From Stegostoma tigrinum (taxonomy: Eukaryota): a stretch of 64,000 nucleotides of DNA. Shown here piece by piece: positions 51,918-64,000 of the stretch. The notes beneath the pieces are model-generated. The model saw only the letters and a list, made by a program, of their open reading frames with translations. It was not told the origin of the DNA and did not search any database. The position numbers were made by a program, and so were the translations under genes. Within the stretch, counting starts at the first letter, position 1. Each line of letters opens with the position of its first letter. Where the stretch lies: positions 39,268,985-39,332,984 of the forward strand of contig NC_081365.1 in the NCBI RefSeq assembly GCF_030684315.1, in the 5' to 3' direction.

Positions 51918-53052
51918 CAGAATAGACAGCAGATAGCGAAGAGGTGGATATTAACATTATTCTCAAAGAGACAACACCAAGCCATAAGAGTGTTTAACTC
52001 TGGTATTTGACTGTAATGTCTTTCAAGTTCTAAAAATCATATCATGGATGTAAGCACATGAATGCTTTTGATCTATAACTTTATCTTTAGAATATACTTC
52101 CTAAAATTAGAGGGTGGGATTTCAAACATATGTGTTTGGCATTTGTGCACTGATATCTGAAGCTGTAATTCCAAAATCCAATTCTAAAAGCAACAAGCAT
52201 TAACTTCCCTATGTCCACTCTACCTAATATTCTGCTGCACCAGGAGTTTTGAATCATTGAGAACCCTCCAGCAGGATTCTCAACATTTCAAGATGCTGGC
52301 ATAACTCAAATGCTTTTCTGAGTGTGTGTGAATATCAGTTTCAAATACAAAATTCCAGCTATTCCAATGCCCTCCAACTGCTGACCCTACAGGGAATTTC
52401 AGACTCACCAGAAGGCATCTGAAGTCTCAGCTTTGAAACTTGACTGTCCCACCCAGATAGCTGAAAAGTACGTACCTATAGCAGTTGGGGGCAGAGAGGA
52501 TATGGTAACCTAATAGCCTTCTCCTCCCCACAGTCACCCCCCAGGATTCAATAATGCTCTTCTTTAACTCTCCACTCCTTGTACAATTTATGAACTAGCT
52601 CAGCTTTGCTTCAGAGTTATAGGCTGTTTTCCCTGCATGGATGCTCCTCCCCAAAATAGAGGTACACTTGTACCATCTGGGATACATTTGCCTTATCGCA
52701 GTCAATGTTACCTCTGCCAGAATTTGCTGAGCTAGAAAAATGGAATCTCCCAGCAAAAGAGCTGACAATGTTTGTTTTGTATGGAACAGACAGGAGCCCC
52801 TTCCCATAATAAGGCCAACTGGGAAATATCAAAATTACCAATAATGTGGCGAAACAGAAACACTGCTTTATTTTGATGAAGAGACACATCCCTGAGGAAA
52901 TTTGGGGCCATCATCTCCTTCTGTGTCAAGTACAGGTTGCCGGATTTTTTAATAGTATCATGAAACCCAGGACAGGTATGGCTGTTTGAGAAAACATGCC
53001 ATTGTTGTCACTGGAATTATTTCATTTATTGCTGCTAATACGCTCTAAGATA

Positions 53053-54234
53053 TAGAACATAGAACAGTACAGCACAGAACAGGCCCTTCAGCCCACAATG
53101 TTGTGCCGACCATTGATCCTCATCTAAGCACCCTCAAATTTCTGTGACCATATGCATGTCCAGTAGTCTCTTAAATGACCCCAATGACCTTGCTTCCACA
53201 ACTGCTGCTGGCAACGCATTCCATGCTCTCTCAACTCTCTGCGTAAAAAACCCGCCTCTGACATCCCCTCTATACTTTCCACCAACCAGCTTAAAATTAT
53301 GACCCCTCATGTTAGCCTTTTCTGCCCTGGGAAATAGTCTCTGGCTATCAACTCTATCTATGCCGCTCATTATCTTGTATACCTCCATTAGGTCCCCTCT
53401 CCTCCTCCTTTTCTCCAATGAAAAGAGTCCGAGCTCAGTCAACCTCTCTTCATAAGATAAGCCCTCCAGTCCAGGCAGCATCCTGGTAAACCTCCTCTGA
53501 ACCCTCTCCAAAGCATCCACATCTTTCCTATAATAGGGCGACCAGAACTGGGCGCATTCTTCCAAGTGCGGTCTAACCAAAGTTTTATAGAGCTGCAACA
53601 AGATCTCACGACTCTTAAACTCAATCCCCCTGTTAATGAAAGCCAATACACCATATGCTTTTTTGACAACCCTGTCCACTTGGGTGGCCATTTTAAGGGA
53701 TCTATGTATATGCACACCAAGATCCCTCTGTTCCTCCACACTGCCAAGAATCCTATCCTTAATCCTGTACTCAGCTTTCAAATTCGACCTTCCAAAATGC
53801 ATCACCTCGCATTTATCCAGGTTGAACTTCATCTGCCACCTCTCAGCCCATCTCTGCATCCTGTCAATGTCCCGCTGCAGCCTACAACAGCCCTCTATAC
53901 TGTCAACGACACCTCCTTGCTTCGTGTCATCTGCAAACTTGCTGACCCATCCTTCAATCCCCTCATCCAAGTCATTAATAAAAATTACAAACAGTAGAGG
54001 CCCAAGGACCAAGAGCCCTGTGGAACACCACTCACCACTGACTTCCATGCAGAATATTTTCCTTCTACTACCACTCACTGTCTTCTGTTGGCCAACCAAT
54101 TCTGTATCCAGACAGCTAAGTTCCCCTGTAACCCATTCCTCCTGACCTTGTGAATGAGCCTACCATGGGGAACCTTATCAAATGCCTTGCTGAAGTCCAT
54201 ATACACCACATCCACAGTTCGACCCTCATCAACT
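53053..54234 (-). mobile_element. Young 5'-truncated CR1 LINE with open RT C-terminal frame (321 aa ORF 53134-54099)
   Basis: VLGPLLFVIFINDL, SKFADDTK, LVRPHLEECAQFWSPYYRKD and FFTQRV..WNALP. 3' tail ttctatgttctat. Confidence 0.92.
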
Positions 54235-54807
54235 TATGTTACATTTAAGGCAAGAGATTTTGGTTGCTTTTATTTACATATTACTAAACTCGCTACTTCA
54301 AATTGTTCTAACAACTAGTAACACTGGGAACCTGCAAATTACACAACTTTACACAACACAGCTCAAAATGTTGTCTCCATATAGAATTCAAGACACAAGG
54401 CTTAAAATGTGCCTTACCCTGTGGATGGGTACAGGGCTGATCGTTGCTGGCACCACAGGAGGTTGAGGTTTCAGTGGCCTGGGGTCAGTTTATGTAAGTA
54501 ATTGAACGGGAATTAGAATGGAAATCTTATCCAAAATAGGACAATAGCCTAGAGATCTTAAAAATCTAGGGTGGGGTGGAGAGAAGGTCAGGAGTATGAA
54601 ACAGAGCCATAAGTGTGCATATGATGAAAGGAGGAAGGTTCTAGGGATGGCAAACATGACAAGTGACAGAGGAGAACAAGATTTTAAAACTTTACAAACT
54701 ACAATGTGAAATGGTTTTCACTGAAATAAGACAGAAGAAGGGCTGGAGGTTTGTCATTTCACATGGAAGGACGTGGAGAAGCAAATACCAGCATCTTTAT
54801 TTGTTTT

Positions 54808-55157
54808 CTTTATTCATTTACTGGATGAAGACATCACTGGCTAGGCTGCATTTGTTGCCCATCCCTAATTGTCCAGAAAGCAGTTAAGGGTCAACCACAT
54901 TGTTGTAGGCCTGGAGTCACATGTAGGCCAGATCAGGTAAGGACAGCAGTTTCCTTCCCTAAAGGGCATTAGTGAACCAGCTGGGTTTTTCCTGACAATC
55001 AACAATGAATTCATGGTCATCATTAGATCCTTAATTCCAGATATTTATTGAATTCAAATTCCATCAGCTGCCATGGTGGATTCAAACCCTGGTCCCCTGT
55101 ACATTACCTAGGTCGCTGGATTAATAGTCCAGCGATTATACCACTAGGCCATTGCCT
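54808..55157 (-). mobile_element. tRNA-derived SINE, followed by an HE1-like 3' fragment on + (~55180-55303)
   Basis: Same family core as 51568-51917. Confidence 0.75.
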
Positions 55158-57432
55158 AATTGTGGGAAGAATAGCTGTAGGAAATATAGGGTTACAGTGA
55201 TAGGGTAGGCATGTGGATCTGGGTGGGAAGCTCTTCGGAGGTCAGTGTGGCCTCAATTGGCCAAATGACCTGCTTCCACACTAGAGGGCTTCTATGATTC
55301 TATAATTACGGACCAAGACCCCACTCCCAAAAATGTAAGGAGAAACTTAATAACCTCACCAATGCAGCAAGAGAATGCAACAAGCCAATTAAGTACCCTG
55401 CCAAATTCCTGATGCCTTTAGAGAAAAGTCAACATTGCTCAATGTTGAGGTTAACCTCACTGGAAAGTCACATTGTTCCATGTACAAGGAAACCTCTTTG
55501 CCTCAGACCTGTCTGTTTAACATTCCCTCACATCTTGCAATGCATGCTGACCCTTTGAAACCTGTCTCCAACGTTTCATTCTTCTATTTCACTGCACACT
55601 GACAGTCAAATGAGATAAGCATCAGAGTGCTATTGCTATTTAATATTTATGAATTCTTCTTTGAGTAGAAGTTGGCATACGATGACACAGAGCAGCAGGC
55701 CACAGACAGAGATCTCCAATGCACCAAGCAAATGACTAAGTTAGAGGACAAGACCACACCTACCTAGGGAATAACATTTCTCAGACTGGAAAACCTGGAA
55801 GCTGTGAGTTCAAAATCAGTTTGGGATGCAGAATTATTGTACTGGAGACTTTAGTTAAAGAAATAGAGACAAAACATACAGAGCGTGTGACTAAAAGACA
55901 ATGAGGATAGCAAGGAGTGACAGCAGAAATCTAGTAGTGCAAGCTTTTCTTCTATTCCTTCAGAATTATGAAGCTATGAGGTGAGAAATGGTAAAAATTA
56001 AGCTGACAGTGGCCTTGCACTCTCCCATTGCCCATCACTTTCATTATGACCAGCCAGAGTCAAGTGTTTGGTAATCAGGAACATGCTTCAGATGGTGAAC
56101 TGTTATTGAGTTAATTACTGAGCTCAAAGACTCTAAGGGTTTAATGTTTGATAACAGAGTGGAGTGGAGTAAACTGAATGAAGGCCAAGGTAGTATCACT
56201 GCTAAACAAGCTGCTGGTTTCAGCTTTTATGCTGCTGGGCCTGCTGTGTTCATCCAGCCTCACATTTCATTATGCTGGTTTCCTCTACAGGTTTTGCCGC
56301 AAGAAATGAACATCTTGCATGATTGGACTGTTCATTGATTTAGCAAATAAATCCCAATGTGTGCCCTACAGCCCTATCTGAATGGACTTGATGTAGACAG
56401 TGGTGGCATTTCTAATGTCTGCAATATTAACTTGTAGCATCCAATGCCTTCTCAATGGGAGGGCTAATTATTGGCCACCCAACTTTGGGGGATCATATGG
56501 AGATAACAATGACTCGTGGATTCTGAATCCAAAGCAACAATTTGAGTGCTTACAGGGTAACTAGTACAGGTTTTGATCAAGTCAGTTTTTCCATCTGTCA
56601 TGGGGCAGTAGAATTCCATTCTTGGTTCAGGTGGAAGTACAGCAGATTACACTAATATAGTGGTAGAAAGATGGAAAGTCTTTTTTTCTGTGTGGGCCAC
56701 CACAAGAGACTAAGCCAAGCCAGTTCTGGGTGTATTTGCAGCCAGAGTTAGTGCTATGTCTTTCCATCATACACTTCCATCATAACCAATGCCTCCCTTT
56801 TAACTCAAGCAGGACAAGATACTTCTTCCCACCCCACACACTGATGTATCCACAATCCTGAATGATCTACTCACATTCTCCAGACTGGTGGCACAATATC
56901 TACAGGGCTGATTGTGGTCCAGTCCCTGGACTCTGGTATGACGATGTGCTGAACTGACTATTTGACTAGAATCACATGCCCGCTAACTGCCTGTGGTGGT
57001 ACTACCTGTTTGGTTGCAGTCCCCCTTCAGTGAGGTCTGCATCATCTTGAGTGCCTGGCATCGTCATTTGTTCGAAACGCATGTGTTTGTTATGTAAACT
57101 ACTGACACTTGCAACATTGAAATGGGTATATGGTACCACTTCCTTGGCTATTCAATGTTCCCCACTGTCAAAAGCTGCCTACTTCATCCTCTGTGGTAAA
57201 AGGAAATGCAAGCAACAGAAGCTGGTAGCCTTGTAACTGAATACTAAAGACCATGAGCAGTTGAAAGCTATATGACCAAAAGACAGAGGCTGGTAGCCTG
57301 TAAATCAGTGCTGAATTAAGTGAGTGTGGGCTAAGAAAGCCATGTGAAGAATACAGAATGTGAGCGACTCCAAAGTGAACAGATGCTAATAATGGAAGCC
57401 AAAAGCCATAAGACGAATCCTGCGTAGATGCA

Positions 57433-59617
57433 AGATAATAAAGTGTGAAGCTGGGTGAACACAGCAGGCCAAGCAGCATCTCAGGAGCACAAAAGCTGAC
57501 CTTTCGGGCCTAGACCCTTCATCAGAGAGGGGGATGGGGAGAGGGAACTGGAATAAATAGGGAGAGAGGGGGAGGCGGACCGAAGATGGAGAGTAAAGAA
57601 GATAGGTGGAGAGAGTATAGGTGGGGAGGTAGGGAGGGGATAGGTCAGTCCAGGGAAGACGGACAGGTCAAGGAGGTGGGATGAGGTTAGTCGGTAGGAA
57701 ATGGAGGTGCGGCTTGGGGTGGGAGGAAGGGATAGGTGAGAGGAAGAACAGGTTAGGGAGGCAGAGACAGGCTGGGCTGGTTTTGGGATGCAGTGGGGGG
57801 AGGGGAAGAGCTGGGCTGGTTGTCTGATGCAGTGAGGGGAGGGGACGAACTGGGCTGGTTTTGGGGTGCGGTGGGGGAAGGGGAGATTTTGAAGCTGGTG
57901 AAGTCCACATTAATACCATAGGCTGCAGGGTTCCCAAGCGGAATATGAGTTGCTGTTGCTGCAACCTTCAGGTGGCATCATTGTGGCACTGCAGGAGGCC
58001 CATGATGGACATGTCATCTAAAGAATGGGAGGGGGAGTTGAAATGGTGCGCGACTGGGAGGTGCAGTTGTTTATTGCGAACCGAGCGGAGGTGGTCTGCA
58101 AAGCGGTCCCCAAGCCTCTGCTTGGTTCCCCCAATGTAGAGGAAGCCACACCGGATACAATGGATACAGTATACCACATTGGCAGATGTGCAGGTGAACA
58201 TCTGCTTGATGTGGAAGGTCATCTTGGGGCCTGGGATAGGGGTGAGGGAGGAGGTGCGGGGGCAAGTGTAGCACTTCCTGCGGTTGCAGGGGAAGGTGCC
58301 GGGTATGGTGGGGTTGGAGGGCAGCGTGGAGCGAACAAGGGAGTCACAGAGAGAGTGGTCTCTCCGGAAAGCAGACAAGGGTGGGGATGGAAAAATGTCT
58401 TGGGTGGTGGGGTCAGATTGTAGATGGCGGAAGTGTCGGAGGATGATGCGTTGTATCCGGAGGTTGGTGGGTTGGTGTGTCAGAATGAGGTGGATCCTCT
58501 TTGGGCAGTTGTGGCGGGGACGGGGTGTGAGGGATGTGTTGCGGGAAATGCGGGAGACGCGGTCAAGGGTATTCTCGACCACTGTGGGGGAAAGTTGAGG
58601 TCCTTGAAGAACTTGGACATCTGGGATGTGCGGGAGTGGAATGCCTCATCCTGGGAGCAGATGTGGCGGAGGCGGAGGAGTTGGGAATAGGGGATGGAAT
58701 TTTTGCAGGAGGGTGGGTGGGAGGAGGTGTGCTCTAGGTAGCTCCGTGACTCCCTTGTTCGCTCCAAACTGCCCTCCAACCCCACCACATCCGGCACCTT
58801 CCCCTGCAACTGCAGGAAGTGCTACGCTTGCCCCCACACCTCCTCCCTCAACCCTATCCCAGGCCCCAAGATGACTTTCCATATTCAGCAGAGGTTCACC
58901 TGCACATCTGCCAATGTGGTATACTGTATCCATTGTATCCGGTGTGGCTTCCTCTACATTGGGGAAACCAAGCGGAGGCTTGGGGACCGCTTTGCAGAAC
59001 ACCTCCGCTCGGTTCGCAATAAACAACTGCACCTCCCAGTCGCAAACCATTTCAACTCCCCCTCCCATTCTTTAGATGACATGTCCATCCTGGGCCTCCT
59101 GCAGTGCCACAATGATGCCACCCAAAGGTTGCAGGAACAGCAACTCATATTCCGTTTGGGAACCCTGCAGCCCAATGGTATCAATGTGGACTTCACCAGC
59201 TTCAAAATCTCCCCTTCCCCCACTGCATCCCAAAACCAGCCCAGCCTGTCTCTGCCTCCCTAACCTGTTCTTCCTCTCACCCATCCCTTCCTCCGACCCC
59301 AAGCCGCACCTTCATTTCCTACCTACTAACCTCATCCCACCTCCTTGACCTGTCCGTCTTCCCTGGACTGACCTATCCCCTCCCTACCTCCCCACCTATA
59401 CTCTCCTCTCTACCTATCTTCTTTTCTCTCCATCTTTGGTCCCCCTCCCCCTCTCTCCCTATTTATTCCAGAACCCCCACCCCATTCCCTTCTCTGATAA
59501 GGGTCTAGACCCGAAACGTCAGCTTTTGTGCTCCTGAGATGCTGCTGGGCCTGCTGTGTTCATCCAGCTTCACACTTTGTTATCTTGGATTCTCCAGCAT
59601 CAGCAGTTCCCATTATC
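57433..59617. mobile_element. Neptune-type PLE inverted dimer: minus arm 57433-58740, plus arm 58742-59617, both containing GIY-YIG endonuclease sequence
   Basis: CNRRKCYTC linker, NVVYCIHC..CGFLYIG(E)TKRRLGDRFAEH...VANHFN...GIN. 14-bp TSD cctgcgtagatgca (57419-57432, 59618-59631). 32-nt tail on the right arm. Confidence 0.92.
58871..59263 (+). pseudogene. Open GIY-YIG endonuclease domain of a 5'-truncated PLE (no RT)
   Basis: 130-aa ORF with VVY..YIGET..RL..R..EH..E...N catalytic-type motifs. Confidence 0.8.
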
Positions 59618-60484
59618 CCTGCGTAGATGCATATGTCTGTCCCTGTGCGTAAAGGGCCTTGAGAGAAACATGCAGGCAATTGCTGTCCCTGAGCTCCAAA
59701 GTCAAGTGTTGTTGGGATGTAGTGGTGTATGAATTACAACCAACAAGATGAGACTGGTTGTTTGTCCATGGGGACCTTGGTAGACAAAGTGTTGAGGAGG
59801 ATCGTGCCCATGCAGCGTAAAATGGAATATTGTTGAGAGGAAGCATTCTGGGCACTGGCTGGCACAAGCATTTGAGGAGCTCACAAATTCTCTTCATCTT
59901 TTCATTCCTTTCATTCCTCTCTCACCATGCCTCATCAGGGAGGGGAATAGTTTTCCCAAAGATTTCAAACATTTTCGTTACTAATAGTTTCTTTGCGCAC
60001 TTCACTTACTCCCATGTTTTAAAGGCTGACTGAGCAGCACAGCGATTCTCTTTGCATGTGTTTGTTGACAAGCAATGCTGCATACTTCAGTGAAGGAGTA
60101 CCAAATAAACAACAGTTGCATCTTTCCAGTTTTGTTGATTCGTCTGCTTTCTCATACTCTTCATGTTCTCCCTCCATGGGATCACCATCTGTATTGCAAT
60201 CAGTCTCTAGTGTAACAAATTGGAGGTCTCACTGGGTTAAAAAGTACTGCAACACATAATAGACAGGGGCGTACCAGAGGGGCTTGCATTAAATATCCAG
60301 GCATCTGAACCTTTCTTTCAGCACTCTTATGTTTGCACAATGGAATTGTTTCAAGTGAGCTTCACCATATCATTCATCCACTGCACTGAACCATGAAAAA
60401 CACAAACAAAATTTATCTCCAAGGAGCCTTTGCAGTGAAAAAATAACAAAGATTTATGGATCTGGAAATCAGAATCTGATTATC

Positions 60485-60895
60485 TGAATACAGCGTCTCA
60501 CTTTCTGTTCGGGTACCCCATAGCCTTAGGGACTCAATTTCGAGTTCAATCTTCTTAGGGCCTGAGCATCATCTTCCATGTCCTTACCCCAGTCCCCACA
60601 TACCAGGCACTATCATCACATGGGCTGCTACTGCAACAAAGCTATTGTCAGCTACAATTGTCCCAATTAGCAGCTATTCTTCTCCCAGGCTGATTATTAT
60701 CCATTTCTTTGTCTGTCCAACTGTTGTTATCTCTCTGGACTCCATGTCCACCGATTATTTACTTCTCACCCCCTCACCACCCCATCTTCAGAATATATAT
60801 AAACCTTTTCCTAGCTCCAAGCAGTTCTGAAGAAGGGTTACTTTCTCTCTACACATGCTGCCAGATCTGAACTTTACCATCAATTTCTGCTTCTG
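60485..60895 (+). mobile_element. Degraded PLE 3' fragment (family C-like)
   Basis: Resembles the reverse complement of 62500-62830, ending ttctgaagaaggg...gctgccagatctg. Confidence 0.55.
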
Positions 60896-61409
60896 ATACA
60901 GAGTGAATTAAAGTTGTTAGTGTATTTAGAACAAACTCTTAATTCATGACAGTAAATAGAGCATAATGAGATTAGAATGTAGTAAAGCAGACAAAAAACA
61001 TGAAAATTTTTGAAATTACCGATATTTAGTTACATGAAATAAAATGATGGTCCATTTTATCTTGGTCTAATGGGTGTTATCTGCATTTGCTTATTTTTTC
61101 AGGAATACTACAAAACCTTGCAATAAACAGTAACACGGTTCTGTGAATTTAAAAAAGAACAAAAGACCTGAAATTGCAAAGTACAATGATGACTAATTCT
61201 CAAATAAATGCTAATTTTTTTTATTTTCTTGTGGGACAAGAGTGTCACTGGCGGGCCAGCATTTATTGCCTGACCCTAGTTGCCTTTGGGTAGATGGTGG
61301 TGAGCTGCCTTCTTGAACTGCTGCAGTCCATGTGCTGTGGTTTGACTTATAAATACTGTTAGGGAGGGAATTCCAGAATTTTGTCCCAGAGACAGTGAAA
61401 GAACGGTGA

Positions 61410-61790
61410 TATAGAGTCATAGAGCTATACAGTACGGAAATAGGCTCTTTGGCCCAACTCATCCATTTTGGTCAGATATCCTAAATTAATCTCGTCCCAT
61501 TTGCTAGCACTTGGCCTATATCCCTCTAAATCCTTCCTATTCACATACCCATCCAGATGTCTTTTAAATATTTCAATAATACCAGCCTCCAACACTTCCT
61601 CTGGCAGATCATTCTATACACGTATCACCCTCTGCATGAAAAAGTTGCCCTCTAGGTCCCTTTTAATTCTTTTCCTTCTCACTTCAAACCTAGCTTTGGA
61701 CTCTGCTACCCTGAGGAAAAGACCTCGGTTTACCCTATCCATGTGATTAAATTTTCTATTCCAGAAAATAAGGGCAAGATAGGCAATGTT
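61410..61790 (-). mobile_element. CR1 LINE 3' fragment, adjacent to another LINE tail at 61215-61410
   Basis: DLEGNFFMQRVIRV and 3' end agagtcatagagctatacag. Confidence 0.7.
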
Positions 61791-61874
61791 ATCTGGCATT
61801 GAGGGCTGCAGGATAGCTTCCCACAGTAATAATAGGTGACTGCCTTTACAACGAATAATAATTTTTTTCCTCTT

Positions 61875-62214
61875 TATTTATTCACAGGATGAGGGCGTCA
61901 ATGACTAGGCAGCATTTATTGCCCACCCCAAATTGCCTAGTGAGCAGTTATGAGTCAATTACATTGCTGTGGGTCTGTAGTCACATGTAGGCCTGACCAG
62001 GTAAAGAAGGCAGTTTCCTTCCCTAAAGGACATGAGTGAATCAGATGGATTTTTGCAACAATCGACAATGGATTCACAGTCATCATTAGATTCTCAATTC
62101 CAGATATTTTTTATTGAATTCAAATTCCACCATCTGCCATGGTGGGATTAGAACCCAGATCCCCAACTCTGGATTAAAAAGTCCAGCAATAATACCAGTA
62201 GGCCATCGCCTCCC
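61875..62214 (-). mobile_element. tRNA-derived SINE
   Basis: Same family as 51568-51917. Confidence 0.78.
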
Positions 62215-62374
62215 GTCTGTTCAACCTGCTACTCAACCAGGCCTTTTCAGAATTTTGGAAGCTTTAGGACAACAGTTCTGAAGAAGAGTCATACTAGACT
62301 TGAAATACTACTCTGTTTCTCTCTCCACGGAGGCTACCAAAAACAGAAGTCACCAATACCTTACTGAGAATGGA

Positions 62375-62940
62375 AAAACCAAAAGAACTGCAGATACGGT
62401 GAATCAAGAACAAAAACAAAGTTGCTGGAAAAGCTCAGCAGATCTGGCAGCATCTGTGGAGGAGAAAACAGAGTTAACGTTTCAGGTCCGGTGACCCTTC
62501 CTCAGAACTGATGGTGGCTGGGAAAACATCAGTTTATTTGCAGAAAATAAGGAGGTGAGTGGGGTAGGGAGTAAACGATAGAATAGAGCCCAAAGAGACA
62601 AAAAGACAGTTGAACAGACAAAGTTGATGCTAACGATCAGGTTGGGAGGGGGAATAGTTGTTAATGGGGACTGTTAGTGACTAGCAACAGGAAACATGTA
62701 GTGGCAGGCTATGTGGTAACGAGGCCCGGTGTGTGGGGTGGGGGACTGGGACATAGGGGTGTTTAAGGCCCGAAAATTATTGAACTTAATATCAAGTCCC
62801 GAGGTCTGAAGGGCCCCCAAGTGGAAAATGAGGTGTTGTTCCTCCAGCTTGCGCTGGGCTTCACTGGAACACTGTAGCAAGCCAGAGACAGAGATGTTGA
62901 CCAGGGAACAAGGTGGTGCATTGAAGTGGCAGGCAACAGT
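62375..62940 (-). mobile_element. PLE (family C) 3' fragment: GIY-YIG C-terminus, 3' UTR and hammerhead (62472-62507)
   Basis: VACHFNAPPCSLVNISVSGLLQC...KLEEQHLIFHLG. Hammerhead ttctgaggaagggtcaccggacctgaaacgttaa. Confidence 0.8.
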
Positions 62941-63414
62941 TTTGCGAGCAGAACATTCAATGCACAATCCACAGCTGTAATCCACAAGACCTCCATCTAT
63001 ATCCATGCAACCTAGAAAAGCCTGAAATCGTGTCCAATTGTCTACTGTGTGCAACTAGCTTAAACAGCAGAACACTGCTTCCCTGCATGTTCTAACAGTG
63101 AAGAGGAATTCATACCTTTTAAAGATATTAACAGTGCATAATACCGCAGAGAGCTGCAACAGATGGCAATCTCTCAAACAAGCTGTCATATCTGATGAGC
63201 AAAGGAAAATTGCAGCTATTCTTTACAATGAGCTCATTCTGGGTGGCAGGGACAGGCAACTAAAGAGGGGATATGACAACAATAAACAACTGTTTTTCTT
63301 CATTGTTATTCTATTGTGACTGATCTCAAATGTTAGCAAACTACATCACAAGACCCTCAGGTGATTCCTCCCATTGTAAGTTACATGTCTATCCTATTTG
63401 TTATTAAACCAAAC

Positions 63415-63608
63415 TCCATCTTCGGTCCGCCTCCCCCTCTCTCCCTATTTATTCCAGTTCCCTCTCCCCATCCCCCTCTCTGATGAAGGGTCTAGGTCCG
63501 AAACGTCAGCTTTTGTGCTCCTGAGATGCTGCTTGGCCTGCTGTGTTCATCCAGCCTCGCATTTTATTATCATGGATTCTCCAGCATCTGCAGTTCCCAT
63601 TATCTCTG
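63415..63608 (+). mobile_element. PLE (family A) 3' fragment with hammerhead (63478-63509) and tail
   Basis: Nearly identical to 19672-19860, with ctctgatgaagggtctaggtccgaaacgtcag and ending cccattatctc. Confidence 0.85.
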
Positions 63609-64000
63609 AAACTCATCTCACTACCTGTTTTCTATTTCTTAATGTAACAGAGTGCCCTGCTGAGATAATTGTATCTTTGAAACTCACCCTAGTATTCATA
63701 ATGATTAGGCCTTATGAGAATATCAACAAAAAATACTCAATTCAATTGCCTGTGCAAATGCTCCACCAACAAGCCTGTAAATCAAAATTATGCAGCAGTT
63801 CCCTTTAAAAACACAGCATTTTATACATAGTAGATTAAGCCCTTAGCAAGAGTCAAAATGCATTATTGACGATTTGATGGATAACACAGTTTAGAAAAAA
63901 GAGAAATTGCATTTCCATAGTGTCTATAATGCGACATGACAAAGTGGCCAATTAATTTTGCCTAGAATGTGAATGATGGAAACAGTCCACTCAGCATAAT

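Noticed and set aside
53566-54145. 143-aa and 169-aa plus-strand ORFs
   Set aside because: Antisense frames of CR1 reverse transcriptase.
59492-59522. Functional hammerhead in the right arm of the 2.2-kb dimer
   Set aside because: The core reads CUGAUAAG, so G8 is lost. The left-arm copy has GAAAGGUC, which loses the ACGU palindrome.

Overview
Vertebrate genomic DNA, most likely a shark judging by the HE1-type V-SINEs, DeuSINE and CR1/Penelope repeat content. The only host gene I can support is an EWI-family immunoglobulin gene, best matching IGSF3, on the minus strand. Six symmetric phase-1 exons are present, each encoding one V-type Ig domain (D2-D7): 50806-51213, 46623-47012, 42750-43151, 38772-39173, 9473-9880 and 1979-2389. 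The signal peptide/D1 exons and the last Ig/TM exons are not in the window. The introns hold CR1 LINE fragments, several tRNA-derived SINE families, Gypsy and PIF/Harbinger relics, and many Penelope-like element (PLE, Neptune-type GIY-YIG) derivatives. The most notable signal is a size series of PLE-derived insertions: 88-98 bp solos, ~220 bp palindromes, a 955 bp near-perfect hairpin and a 2.2 kb inverted dimer. They carry minimal hammerhead ribozyme motifs (CUGA[U/A/G]GA-A-stem II-GAAACGU[C/U]) and most have 11-18 bp target-site duplications (TSDs). The dimers carry a ~30-38 nt 3' tail on one arm only, and the short copies share a 5' boundary at the ribozyme core. Repeat boundaries without TSDs are approximate. 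Family names and human IGSF3 comparisons come from motif recognition and recall, not database searches.
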